Source of the DNA: a virus
Taxonomy: Duplodnaviria; Caudoviricetes
IMG/VR virus record: IMGVR_UViG_3300017780_003104
Location: 64,001 to 128,000 of that record
Strand: one strand, 5' to 3'
DNA length: 64,000 bases
Shown here: one piece after another, positions 20,021-30,365 of the stretch
How positions within the stretch are numbered: the stretch's first letter is position 1
Layout of the letters: the number at the start of each line of letters is the position of its first letter
Notes under the pieces: model-generated
What the model was told of the DNA's origin: nothing
What the model saw: only the letters and a program-made list of their open reading frames with translations
Databases searched by the model: none
Position numbers and translations under genes: made by a program

Positions 20021-20751
20021 AAGGTATTATTCTTAGCGGTGGGCGTGGATCAAGGTTATTCCCATTAACATATGGGATTTCGAAGCAATTACTTCCGGTA
20101 TATAAACAACCCATGGTTTTTTATCCACTCAAAACTCTTATCGATATGGGTATCCATGAAGTTTTGATTATTGTCGCCTCAAAACTTCAAAAACAATTAT
20201 TTTTTGAATATTTGGGTGATGGATCTAAGTTTGGAGTTAAATTAGAGTATATCATACAAGAAAATCCAAATGGATTGGCCGAGGCATTTATAATAGGTGA
20301 AAAATTCATAGGTGGTGATGATGTCACTTTGATTTTGGGCGATAATGTATTTTTAACGAATAAAAAAATCGAAACTCAACAAAATGCTATCTTCACATAT
20401 AAAGTAAAAAACCCATCAGATTATGGTGTCATAAAACATGACGAACACGGAAACATTGAGAAGATCATCGAGAAGCCGACAGAATTTGTAAGTAATGACG
20501 CTGTAGTTGGGCTTTATGTGTTTTCAAACATGGCTATTAGCCTAGCCAAAAAGGTTAAACCATCTAAGCGTGGGGAATTGGAAATTGTAGATCTGATAAT
20601 GTTGATGGATATGTATGAGGGTGTATACTCTCAAGAATTTGATGGGGTGTGGTTTGATTGTGGAACACATGATGATTTATTAGAGTGTTCGGAGTTCGTT
20701 CGCGCTCTTGACAAGAGAACGACCCGTGATATATTTCTAAAAGAAATATGA
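20017..20751 (+). CDS. rmlA: Glucose-1-phosphate thymidylyltransferase
   Basis: MKGIILSGGRGSRLFPLT..SKQLLPVYKQPM, GLAEAF, LGDN, EKP, RGELEI and WFDCGT motifs. Confidence 0.95.
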   Translation: MKGIILSGGRGSRLFPLTYGISKQLLPVYKQPMVFYPLKTLIDMGIHEVLIIVASKLQKQLFFEYLGDGSKFGVKLEYIIQENPNGLAEAFIIGEKFIGGDDVTLILGDNVFLTNKKIETQQNAIFTYKVKNPSDYGVIKHDEHGNIEKIIEKPTEFVSNDAVVGLYVFSNMAISLAKKVKPSKRGELEIVDLIMLMDMYEGVYSQEFDGVWFDCGTHDDLLECSEFVRALDKRTTRDIFLKEI

Positions 20752-21662
20752 ATATCTGGGTAGAAAAATATAGACCACAAAAGTTAGACGATTTATGTAT
20801 TTCACCAGAAATACGGGAAATTATAGTCAATTTCAATACAAACATACCAAATCTATTATTTTGTGGTATTCAAGGGACGGGTAAAACTACATTAGCTAGA
20901 ATTATAGTTACTGATATTCTAAAGTGTGACTATTTGTATATAAATGCGTCTGATGAATCTGGTGTGGATACAATCCGAACAAAAGTTACTGGATTCTCCC
21001 AAACTAAAAGTCTAGATGGTAATATTAAAGTTGTTATACTTGATGAAGCAGACTTCTTAAGTGGCGCATCCCAAGCAGCACTTAGAAATTTAATGGAATC
21101 GTATTCAAATACTACCAGATTCATTCTTACTGGTAATTATAGACACAAAATAATTCCAGCACTACAATCAAGATGTCAAAGTTTGGATTTTAAACCATCT
21201 TTAAAGGATTCGTTTCTGAGATGTTTGAATATCCTTACTTCAGAAGGTATTCCCACAACATCTGAACAGAAAAAGCAGGTAGTAGCTCTAGTTAAAAGAT
21301 TCTCTCCTGATTTAAGGAAATGTATCAATGAGCTTCAGAAACAATGTATTGATGGAGTCTTGAAAATTAAAGAGATATCTGACAATACTGAAACTCTACA
21401 TAGAATTTGGGACAATATAATGTCAGAACAGGGATTAAAGACTAGAAAGTATCTAATTGAAAATGATGCAGTCTTTAATTCGGATTGGGATCAGTTATTG
21501 GTCGATATGTTGAATTACATATACGATGAACCTATTGATGAATCAATCAAAAAAATGATGATAATCACGATAGCTGAACACTTAGATAAAGCTACAAGAG
21601 TTAACGATAAAGAGATAAATTTCTCTGCGTGTATGCTCAAATTAGAGCAATGCTTACATTAA
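20748..21662 (+). CDS. gp44: Sliding-clamp loader AAA+ subunit (gp44/RFC-small-like)
   Basis: WVEKYRP, Walker A GIQGTGKTT, Walker B LDEAD, SRC motif. Confidence 0.93.
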   Translation: MNIWVEKYRPQKLDDLCISPEIREIIVNFNTNIPNLLFCGIQGTGKTTLARIIVTDILKCDYLYINASDESGVDTIRTKVTGFSQTKSLDGNIKVVILDEADFLSGASQAALRNLMESYSNTTRFILTGNYRHKIIPALQSRCQSLDFKPSLKDSFLRCLNILTSEGIPTTSEQKKQVVALVKRFSPDLRKCINELQKQCIDGVLKIKEISDNTETLHRIWDNIMSEQGLKTRKYLIENDAVFNSDWDQLLVDMLNYIYDEPIDESIKKMMIITIAEHLDKATRVNDKEINFSACMLKLEQCLH

Positions 21663-22306
21663 GCTGGTTGTCTAGCACCTTGGAATGCTTTCTTAGCAGC
21701 ACCACCAATTCCAGCAGTCACGCCTCGTTGTGCCGATGCAGCAGCATTACTAGCTGATACATCGCTTGATCCTTGTAGATATTCAATTAATTCAGAGATG
21801 CTCATATCTTCAAAGTTTTGACCACCTTGTAACACACCATCTTGTTCAGCTTGTTGAATGAAACCTCTCAATTGTTCAATTGCATTAAGACCTTTAGTGA
21901 GTGCTTGTGATTGTCTATGTTGGATTTGACCCTTTTGGTATATATCCCCCACATTACTAGCTACTTGTTGAACTCCTGCTTTCCCAGCAGCTACAGCACC
22001 TCTCCCAACATTTGCTGCGGATTGTGCTGCGTTCCCAACAGCAGACTTGGCGGCATTGCCAGCAGACTTCAAACCACCACCTACAGCAGACCCTACATTT
22101 TTAAGACCTGCCATCGCGCCTTGTCCCCAAAACTCATTAAGAATTCTGTCCATGACAGTGTTGATATAAGTTAATTCAGATTCTGACATCAAATGAATCC
22201 TTTTTTCTAATTGAGGAATTGTTAAATTTGGTGCCTGTTCTCTTAAAAGTCTTACATTGTAAGCCTCTTCTAAAAGAGACATATCTGATTTTGTGTATAC
22301 TGACAT
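21659..22306 (-). CDS. Gly/Ala-rich hypothetical late protein (possible internal virion protein)
   Basis: TAAATA-N5-ATG; L-x-E sites (ILNE) followed by a G/A-rich helical region. Confidence 0.6.
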   Translation of the reverse strand: MSVYTKSDMSLLEEAYNVRLLREQAPNLTIPQLEKRIHLMSESELTYINTVMDRILNEFWGQGAMAGLKNVGSAVGGGLKSAGNAAKSAVGNAAQSAANVGRGAVAAGKAGVQQVASNVGDIYQKGQIQHRQSQALTKGLNAIEQLRGFIQQAEQDGVLQGGQNFEDMSISELIEYLQGSSDVSASNAAASAQRGVTAGIGGAAKKAFQGARQPA

Positions 22307-22341
22307 ATTATTATTTAGTGGAGTTGTTTTAATATTTGAGA

Positions 22342-23145
22342 TTACAGTTTTTCAATGTAATCTAAAATGTATTTATAAATATTTTGAGCATGTGTTCTAT
22401 AGTCACCACCAAATGACTTACTAACATCTTTTCCAATTTCCAATGCTGATGATTGGGCAAAATGTTGGGCTTGTCCTTGTTTTTGGAGAGGATTTGATCT
22501 GAAACCTCCCGCGAATTTAGTTGCAATTCTACGAAGAAGACCTTCATCTAGTAATACTTTTTCGTATATTAGTGTGAAATCTATATCATTCACTTTTTCA
22601 TATAATGTAGCAATATTATCATTATCCATCTTCAATCTGGTTCCTTCACCAGCTAATTTTAGATCTGTTGGTGTATTCTTACCATTACCTTTATCGGTAA
22701 CTCTGGTGATGTTTTGTTGATCGGCTTTCCACTCTTCAGGTTTTCCATTTAAGTATTTCTCATCATCTCTATAAAATTGATCTGGAATGTCAGGAGTTGG
22801 ATTGCTAGCATCAGCGATATCAATCATCTCTGGTGAAACGGTGATAGAACCGAAATGACGCCCACCACCATGATCTCCTGCAATTGTAATTACAACATTA
22901 TCGGCTGTTTTATGATCATTAGCTGAAGATTGGTTATAAGTCTTCGATCCGACTTGAATAACTTTAATATTGAGTCCACTATTAGCTAAGTCATCGAGTT
23001 CCTTCTGCATTACTGAATGCATCGCCTTATAAGTTGGTGTAGATTTGTAGTTTGATCTAAATTTTACAATATCACCCGGAAGATAACCTCCGACTTGATA
23101 TCTAGAATTGACCGCTTCAAAAATTTTATCAAATTTCTTTCCCAT
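22342..23145 (-). CDS. Hypothetical late protein (start reassigned from 23346 to MGKKFDK)
   Basis: TAAATA-N5-ATG at 23145; the upstream extension overlaps the divergent gene. Confidence 0.65.
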   Translation of the reverse strand: MGKKFDKIFEAVNSRYQVGGYLPGDIVKFRSNYKSTPTYKAMHSVMQKELDDLANSGLNIKVIQVGSKTYNQSSANDHKTADNVVITIAGDHGGGRHFGSITVSPEMIDIADASNPTPDIPDQFYRDDEKYLNGKPEEWKADQQNITRVTDKGNGKNTPTDLKLAGEGTRLKMDNDNIATLYEKVNDIDFTLIYEKVLLDEGLLRRIATKFAGGFRSNPLQKQGQAQHFAQSSALEIGKDVSKSFGGDYRTHAQNIYKYILDYIEKL

Positions 23146-23179
23146 GATACTATTTATCGAATTAATAGTAAATATGTAT

Positions 23180-24823
23180 ATGAAGTTTGATAAACTCGTT
23201 AAAATTATTAAAGAATCACTTTCTTCACCTAAAAATAAAGGTGGGACCAGAGTATATGCGGCACAGCAATCAGCTGGTCCAAGTGGATATTCCTCTAGTC
23301 CAGTTGGTAAAACTGATGCATTAGAGTTAGCCAAACCTCTGGACAAGTGGGAGTTTAATCCAAATGAAGATATGGATAAGGGTGGTGTTAAAAAACAAGC
23401 AAAGGCTTGGAGAATACTATTTAATGCATTTTCTCTATTATCGAACGATAAAAACTTCCAAGATGAAGTTAAAACTATTTCAGATAATTTTGATAAACGT
23501 AGAGATAGTTATAAAAATATTTTGGGTATTGATGATGAGGAGGGTAATCGTGTTGGATATCAAAAATATGATGAGGAAAGTAGAGTCAATACCCTCCCAG
23601 CAACTTTAGATAAACAGAAGAGTCGAAGAACTGGATATGAAGCCGAGATATCCAAAAGACGAACCATTATCAACTATAGTAAGATGGGGCCAAGTGCTAA
23701 ATTTGATCTTGAAAGAAGTATAAAGTCGATGCAAGGTGAGAGACAGGCTATTTTAGATGAATTGAACAAAGATAAAATATCGAATATTAGAAAAACTAAA
23801 TTGGAAGGTGAACTACAAGGTATCAATAATCATATTGATAAATTGGAGACTAGATTGCAATATGCTAATATAGGAAGCACCGAATCTTTAAAATCCGACA
23901 TTGTGGATTATCAAGACAAGATAAAGGAACTTGATAAGAAAATCGAAAAGAATGAAGAGGAATTAATGATATTGACCGACAGAACAACTAAAATTCAGTC
24001 GAACAATGAGGAAAATAATGATAAAGCTATAGATGAACTGAAAGATCAGGTGAACATCAGTGCCAAAAAAATTAAAAATTCTATAATGGAGGATATTAAG
24101 GATTTGCAGCTAATGAATGATGTATCTGACATTAATTGGGATGATGTTCCTAAAGATTTCTCAACTAAAATAAAAATGTTGGAATCTCTTGAATCCACTG
24201 ATCCAAAAGTAAATCCAATATTTGGATATTTGGATTCTTTTAATAATTGGTATTACGAAACATTGGATGATAACACAAAGGGTAGAGTCAAAGACTTAGA
24301 CTCAAGAGAATTTAATCCTCAACTCAATATTACAAAAATTAGGGATTATATGTCATTGCCATTCGTTCGTGCAATGAGTATGTATGCTAGTTCAGCTATT
24401 CCAAAGATGTCACTCAAACCTGATGTGAATCTAGTTAGACACGAAGAGACATTTAATAATTTTATATCATATATTGATCAATTTCCATCTAGTAAAAATC
24501 CAGTTGATGTAGAAGCTTCGAGAAAAGCGTGGAACGACCCAGAAACTAAGGATATGCTTAGAAGTTTTATAGCTGGTATGGGTATTGAAAATAAAGATAC
24601 ACAATATAGCTTAGTCAATCGACCATTCAATATTTCAAGAAGCGGTGCCAATAACTTCTTACAGTTAAAATCATCAATAACTTCGGATATGAAGCGTTTT
24701 TATCCAAAAACAGAATCATTTGATAATATTTACAATAAAATTATAACTGAAAAGATGTGGTGTGAAGACGATTTCAAAATCGATACCATGGAACTACTAT
24801 CTTTAGTTAAACAGCGTAAATAA
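23180..24823 (+). CDS. Coiled-coil hypothetical late protein (start reassigned to MKFDKL)
   Basis: TAAATA-N5-ATG at 23180; long E/K-rich heptad region. Confidence 0.65.
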   Translation: MKFDKLVKIIKESLSSPKNKGGTRVYAAQQSAGPSGYSSSPVGKTDALELAKPLDKWEFNPNEDMDKGGVKKQAKAWRILFNAFSLLSNDKNFQDEVKTISDNFDKRRDSYKNILGIDDEEGNRVGYQKYDEESRVNTLPATLDKQKSRRTGYEAEISKRRTIINYSKMGPSAKFDLERSIKSMQGERQAILDELNKDKISNIRKTKLEGELQGINNHIDKLETRLQYANIGSTESLKSDIVDYQDKIKELDKKIEKNEEELMILTDRTTKIQSNNEENNDKAIDELKDQVNISAKKIKNSIMEDIKDLQLMNDVSDINWDDVPKDFSTKIKMLESLESTDPKVNPIFGYLDSFNNWYYETLDDNTKGRVKDLDSREFNPQLNITKIRDYMSLPFVRAMSMYASSAIPKMSLKPDVNLVRHEETFNNFISYIDQFPSSKNPVDVEASRKAWNDPETKDMLRSFIAGMGIENKDTQYSLVNRPFNISRSGANNFLQLKSSITSDMKRFYPKTESFDNIYNKIITEKMWCEDDFKIDTMELLSLVKQRK

Positions 24824-24828
24824 TAATA

Positions 24829-25314
24829 GTGAGTATTAAATTAAAATCTATTGAATCCGATTCTTTAACTAAAAAATCCCTAGATCGTGATTTTTTATAT
24901 AAGGATGTATCATTAGATTTACGTCCAACCGTTTATCTGAATAGACAATTAAATAAAAAGGAACCTTTAAAGGATATCGATGCTATATATGATGTTGAGG
25001 CAGTTAAAAATAGTATTATGACAGCTCTTACGACCTCTCCCGGTGATAAAATATTAACCCCTAAATATGGTATAGATTTGAGAAGGTATCTATTTGAACC
25101 AATAGATGATTTTATATTAGATATTATTAGAGATGATATTGAAATTCAATTACCAATAATGGAACCTAGAGTTCAGGTGGTTAATGTGGATGTTCAAGGT
25201 GAAGAGGATGCCAATGAGATCCATATAACAATGCAAATAAATATAGTTTCATTAAATGTATATGGATTGAGTATAAAATCCGTAATAAATTCCACTGGTT
25301 ATATGGTCCTCTAA
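24829..25314 (+). CDS. gp25: Baseplate wedge protein gp25-like
   Basis: AVKNSI..LTTSPGDKILTPKYGIDLRRYLFEP...EPRV motif. Confidence 0.88.
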   Translation: MSIKLKSIESDSLTKKSLDRDFLYKDVSLDLRPTVYLNRQLNKKEPLKDIDAIYDVEAVKNSIMTALTTSPGDKILTPKYGIDLRRYLFEPIDDFILDIIRDDIEIQLPIMEPRVQVVNVDVQGEEDANEIHITMQINIVSLNVYGLSIKSVINSTGYMVL

Positions 25315-25326
25315 TTAAATATAACT

Positions 25327-27135
25327 GTGGATAATAAAAGTATAGAATATAACTTACCCCAGAATGCTTACGTTAACTTTGATGCATTATCATTAAAGTC
25401 ATTCATGATTGATCAACTCAACCGAGGTGGTGTATTCGTTGATCAAAATTATAATGGAAGTAATATATCTGGAATATTGGAGATACTTGCATATTATACG
25501 CATGTTTTGATGTTTTACTTAAACCAAACATCATCTGAATCCATGTTTTCACAGACTACCGTTTATGAAAACATGAACCGAATTGTTAAACTAATAGATT
25601 ATAAACCAACTGGGAGGCAAACGTCATTAGCGTCATTGACATGTAATGCTACATCTGATCTTGTTATAGGTAGTTATAATATTAGAAAGTATAGTTATTT
25701 TCTATTGGATAATATCCAATATACATTTATCGATGATTATCCATTTGAAAAAAAACTTAGTGGGGATGAATTTATTGAGTCATTAAGCGAAACAGCAATT
25801 CTATACCAAGGAACAGTCGGTGAATATCCCACATATATATCAGAAGGATTAGATTATGAAACCATTCCAGTTGTTGTGGATAATCTAGTTTCCTCTAATG
25901 ACACTAGATTTATATCACATGGAACCATAAGTGTATATGTTAAAGAAGAAAATACAAACACTTGGTATGAATATGCTGAAGTTGAAAGTATTTTCCTAAC
26001 CACTCCAACAGATAGAATATATGATGTTAGGTTAAATGAAAATGGACATTATGAAGTTAAGTTTGGTAATGGAATTTTTGGTAGAAAATTGAATAAAGGT
26101 GATAGTGTTGCAATATATTACATATTAAGCGATGGTGATAGTGGTTTGATAAGTTCAAATGTGCTCAATGGTAAAAAATTAATGATATTCAATAGCACCA
26201 GATTCCAAGAGGTATATAGTGATGTAGTATCAAGTGACTTAACGTATACCATCACAAAATATAATAATTCATATTTAACTTTTGATAATCCTACAAATTC
26301 TACAACCATACATGATGGAGAGACGGTAGAACAGATACGAGAAAATTCACCAATATTTCTATCATCACAACTAAGATTAGTCACGGAATCTGATTATGAG
26401 AGATTTATCAAAAAAAGTGTTCCAAATATCATAAATGATGTTCGAGTTGTAGATAATAACACATATATTGGTGAATATATAAAATATTTCTACGATATTT
26501 GCGTAGATCCAAATAAAGTAAATAGAGTTATTATAAATCAAGTCAATTTCGCAGATTCTTGTGATTTTAATAATGTTAATATATTTTGTGTTCCTTCCTT
26601 CACTATAACCAAAGATGGACAATATCCAGATTTCTTAAATGATGCATTTAAGACTCTAATAAGAGATATAACTAAAGATAAGAAAATAATAAGCAATGAA
26701 GTTGTTCCGAGAGATCCCATATATATGGCACTAGATATAGGATTCACGAATGGTGTAGCTGCCAAAAGTATATCCTCTCAGTCTAAACTAGTAATAGTAA
26801 GAGATTCAAATAATAAAACAAATAAGGATAAATTAAAAAATAAGGTTGCATCTGCTATCATTGAATTCTTCGATCCATCGAATGTAAAACTTGGACATAA
26901 AATTGATTTAAATATCCTATCATCAAATATTCTAAAAATCGAAGGAATTAAGTATGTAAAGACTGTGAATGGTGATAGTTTTATTAACACCTTATCATTT
27001 GTTATGTGGAATCCAATGTTTGATGGAGTTGATGAGACGTTAGTATCTCAAACTATAACATTACCATTTTTCAAATACCCATATCTATATAATCCAGTTT
27101 CGTTGACAACAAAAATTGAAGTAATAGACGAATGA
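25327..27135 (+). CDS. gp6: Baseplate wedge protein gp6-like
   Basis: FDALSLKSFM..DQNYNGSNIS.LEILAY, YEVKFGNGIFGRK, RLVTESDYE; follows gp25. Confidence 0.88.
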   Translation: MDNKSIEYNLPQNAYVNFDALSLKSFMIDQLNRGGVFVDQNYNGSNISGILEILAYYTHVLMFYLNQTSSESMFSQTTVYENMNRIVKLIDYKPTGRQTSLASLTCNATSDLVIGSYNIRKYSYFLLDNIQYTFIDDYPFEKKLSGDEFIESLSETAILYQGTVGEYPTYISEGLDYETIPVVVDNLVSSNDTRFISHGTISVYVKEENTNTWYEYAEVESIFLTTPTDRIYDVRLNENGHYEVKFGNGIFGRKLNKGDSVAIYYILSDGDSGLISSNVLNGKKLMIFNSTRFQEVYSDVVSSDLTYTITKYNNSYLTFDNPTNSTTIHDGETVEQIRENSPIFLSSQLRLVTESDYERFIKKSVPNIINDVRVVDNNTYIGEYIKYFYDICVDPNKVNRVIINQVNFADSCDFNNVNIFCVPSFTITKDGQYPDFLNDAFKTLIRDITKDKKIISNEVVPRDPIYMALDIGFTNGVAAKSISSQSKLVIVRDSNNKTNKDKLKNKVASAIIEFFDPSNVKLGHKIDLNILSSNILKIEGIKYVKTVNGDSFINTLSFVMWNPMFDGVDETLVSQTITLPFFKYPYLYNPVSLTTKIEVIDE

Positions 27136-29189
27136 GCACACCACAAACTTATATAGATTATAGTATAATTGGATATAATGGAGTTGAGACATTATCAACT
27201 TATTCATTATCAGCAACTCCATTATTATTCGTTCCAGATATTAACCAAACAGTTGGGAATAATAATCGAGTGTTGTGGGAATTTGGAGATGGTACATCTT
27301 CTAGATCATTTTCAGCCTATAAGGTATATACAACTCCCGGTGTATATACCACTAGCATGATTATCACTGATTGTTTTAACAATGCGAAGGAATCAACATT
27401 TAAGAAAGATGTCACGGTATATGATTACATTCCAATGACATTTAGATTTTCCCTGAATGATTCCGATTATTTGAGTAGTATTGAGTTCAAATGTGGTGAA
27501 ATTTCTGGACCATTTAATATCGAATCATTCTACCCAAGTTACCAAGGGGCATCAGATATTTATTATAATATTCTTGGCAGTGCTAGTTACAATTACTGGG
27601 ATATAAACTCCAATAAATTTTCACACCTAGAGAATTATTATTCATTATATGATAAGATTTTCAATTTTGCAATTGGAGATTATCAATATCGAGAAATTGA
27701 TAAAATAACATTCACACCAGATAGATTATACGCTAAGATTCAAAACAATACAGTCATCAGATGTGGGGAGAAAGATAGTGGGGCATTTTATGTCGGATTA
27801 TCGGCTATAACACCCGTATATTTTAAAGATGATAGTTTAAGTGATATTATAGTTCTAAATTTATTTTTCGATAAACTTAACTATGATTTAAACTCTGATA
27901 ATTCAAAACCAAAATATATAAACAATTTAGGTTTATCATTATCCGCCATAGTTTTAAGAAATGACGCTAATGCATTATCCATAACATCAAATGGATTGGA
28001 CGGTGAAGGATTACTAATCGATTCTTTCAATATAAACAATTCAAAATTTGCAAAGACTTCTATACCTTTTGTTGTTAAAATAAAAGATGAAAATTGGTTT
28101 TCTGTTAAGAATTTTGAAAAAATTGAAATTGGTGATATCAATATATCTGTCCTACGCTTAAGTGGCGCAGTTCCCAGTTATACATTATCATCTATAAATT
28201 ATACACTATCATCTCAGGGTTCTGGTGGTGCATTTAGGGGTATATTATACTTTCCAAATACTACTGATGTTGTAATAGATAACTTGAAATTATCAGCTAG
28301 TGGAACATTCTCGAATGGATTGTCCACATACAATTTGAGTGGTGAATCTAATTATTTTAATATATATCCAATTGATTACTATGAGATGTATAAGAAAAAT
28401 GAAGATTTCAACGCATCTAACACATTGAGGGATATAACATTCCAAGAATCTATAGCATCTAATGATTCATTATATGATGATTTCTTTGGAGATTTATTAG
28501 GTAATGATGAATATAATCATGAGACTATTGGAGTTAAGATATATGAAAAAATTTCAAATTTCCTACAAAATACGCAAGATGTGGATACATGTGGTGTTGA
28601 TTTCTTAAATTCACTCGAAACATATTCAAATTTCAGTAATATAGATGAAGAAAACCATATATATCCAGAAACTATAAAGAGATTAGTAGATTTAGGTTCT
28701 ATAAGTCGATATAAATTATTTGGAACCCCGAATAAGTTTAAAGAAAATTTAGATATTAGAAGTAATTCCCATAAGGATGTGTATGGTAAAAATATAGGAA
28801 ATCAACTTGATACATTATCGTATCGTGTCAGTGCTGGTGTTGATATTGTTGCATTAGAAAAATTTAGCAATACATATTCTGTATTAAATACATGGCAACC
28901 CGTTTCAGCCGTAGAGACTACGATATATCCACTATCTGATTATTCTATAGATTGGGGTTGGCCGTTGGTATTGCCATTATCGATGGATTTTGGGGATATG
29001 TCGAAATATTATATATTCTTCGAATATGATTCCCAATACGATAATACACTATTGGATGGAGTTATAGATTTCGATAATGATAAAACCACAATAGCTTCCA
29101 ATCTATCATACTCAGAATTTTATTCAAATAATGGTGTATTGGATCAAATGTTTTTAAACACTCTATATAAATCGTTATCGATTATTTAA
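27132..29189 (+). CDS. PKD-domain baseplate protein (gp7-position)
   Basis: LWEFGDGT..YTTPGVYT PKD motif; follows gp6. Confidence 0.6.
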   Translation: MSTPQTYIDYSIIGYNGVETLSTYSLSATPLLFVPDINQTVGNNNRVLWEFGDGTSSRSFSAYKVYTTPGVYTTSMIITDCFNNAKESTFKKDVTVYDYIPMTFRFSLNDSDYLSSIEFKCGEISGPFNIESFYPSYQGASDIYYNILGSASYNYWDINSNKFSHLENYYSLYDKIFNFAIGDYQYREIDKITFTPDRLYAKIQNNTVIRCGEKDSGAFYVGLSAITPVYFKDDSLSDIIVLNLFFDKLNYDLNSDNSKPKYINNLGLSLSAIVLRNDANALSITSNGLDGEGLLIDSFNINNSKFAKTSIPFVVKIKDENWFSVKNFEKIEIGDINISVLRLSGAVPSYTLSSINYTLSSQGSGGAFRGILYFPNTTDVVIDNLKLSASGTFSNGLSTYNLSGESNYFNIYPIDYYEMYKKNEDFNASNTLRDITFQESIASNDSLYDDFFGDLLGNDEYNHETIGVKIYEKISNFLQNTQDVDTCGVDFLNSLETYSNFSNIDEENHIYPETIKRLVDLGSISRYKLFGTPNKFKENLDIRSNSHKDVYGKNIGNQLDTLSYRVSAGVDIVALEKFSNTYSVLNTWQPVSAVETTIYPLSDYSIDWGWPLVLPLSMDFGDMSKYYIFFEYDSQYDNTLLDGVIDFDNDKTTIASNLSYSEFYSNNGVLDQMFLNTLYKSLSII

Positions 29190-29968
29190 TAGTAATCTCC
29201 GTAAATATCATTACTCGTATTATCCATATTATATACAGTATCTTCACTAATCACATCGATATCAAATTGGTAAACCTTTGCATCGGTAGATATAGTTGGG
29301 AATAGTGTAGATTCGGACTTACCACTGAATTTATTGTCATATACTTGATCATTTCCAGATTCCATAGGTGCATTTGTCTCGTATGATGTTTCGTAACGTT
29401 TCGCTTTGAGTCTCCAGACATAATGTCCCATAACTGGATTGAGTCCATCTTGAACACTTTGATCTAATGCTTCAGTTATTCTAAAGATCTTCGATCCACG
29501 ATCTCCCGGTCTGTCACAGCCAAGTGCCGTGACTTCTATTAAATCATCTGATTTTGGTTCTATGCGTTGACCATTATCTGTAAATATAGATGCTGATTGT
29601 GAAAATATAGTAGTGAAGTCTTTAATTGCTATATATGCTGTGAGTTCATCATCCGAATTAATCCCAAATTGTGATAATGAAATACTCTCTTCCAATTCTA
29701 GATATATTTTGATAATGAATGGTCCATTATATACTTGAGTTGGATGCTCTCCATATAGCATATTCATAGCAGATAGGTTAAATCCATTTACATAATAATT
29801 AGCCTCAACTCCATAATTGTTGATCAATTCTTGAAACGCTGATCCCATTATACCTCTCTCAGCTTTAAATTTACTTGGGTCTGCAAATCCACCACAATGT
29901 GGATTATATACACCCGCAAATATATTAACGGGTTCTAGGCAAGATAGTGGTGTAGTTGGGCATCCCAT
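29186..29968 (-). CDS. gp14: Neck protein gp14-like (start reassigned to MGCPTT)
   Basis: ELINNYGVEANYY, LYGEH, SQFGI..DELTAYI, EPKSDDLI; TAAATA-N5-ATG. Confidence 0.78.
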   Translation of the reverse strand: MGCPTTPLSCLEPVNIFAGVYNPHCGGFADPSKFKAERGIMGSAFQELINNYGVEANYYVNGFNLSAMNMLYGEHPTQVYNGPFIIKIYLELEESISLSQFGINSDDELTAYIAIKDFTTIFSQSASIFTDNGQRIEPKSDDLIEVTALGCDRPGDRGSKIFRITEALDQSVQDGLNPVMGHYVWRLKAKRYETSYETNAPMESGNDQVYDNKFSGKSESTLFPTISTDAKVYQFDIDVISEDTVYNMDNTSNDIYGDYY

Positions 29969-29972
29969 ATAG

Positions 29973-30296
29973 TTATTTAATAGAAGATTTGAAAACTCTT
30001 CCAACTGGTTGTCCATTGATGCTAGTCATCTCTATACCCATCCCACTATTTTTAATATTGTTGAACACTTTACCATGCTCATATGTGATACCAAGATCTA
30101 ATAATTCATTTGGGGTTAATATACTTCCCGGAATATTCATCTTGGGGTTGGTTTTTTTATATGGTCCAACTGTATGAATATACTTCTTATCAAGTCTATT
30201 TGGGTTTTTACTATTATTCACCTGTATAGATTGGGATGGAGTATCGTCTCCTAGATTATGTCTATATTCTAAAAAGAATTGTAAGAATGATTTCAC
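29973..30296 (-). CDS. Hypothetical late protein with MKSFLQFFLE N-terminus
   Basis: TAAATA-N6-GTG; N-terminus resembles T4-type capsid-targeting peptides. Confidence 0.65.
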   Translation of the reverse strand: MKSFLQFFLEYRHNLGDDTPSQSIQVNNSKNPNRLDKKYIHTVGPYKKTNPKMNIPGSILTPNELLDLGITYEHGKVFNNIKNSGMGIEMTSINGQPVGRVFKSSIK

Positions 30297-30310
30297 TATA
30301 TCTATTTAAC

Positions 30311-30342
30311 AAAAAAGCCTATCGATTAAGATAGGCTTTTTT
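30311..30342. terminator. Intrinsic terminator (symmetric A/T tails)
   Basis: AAAAAAGCCTATC-GATTAA-GATAGGCTTTTTT, 13-bp stem, downstream of the 30366-31283 stop. Confidence 0.88.
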
Positions 30343-30365
30343 GGTTGAATTTTGTTATCTATATA

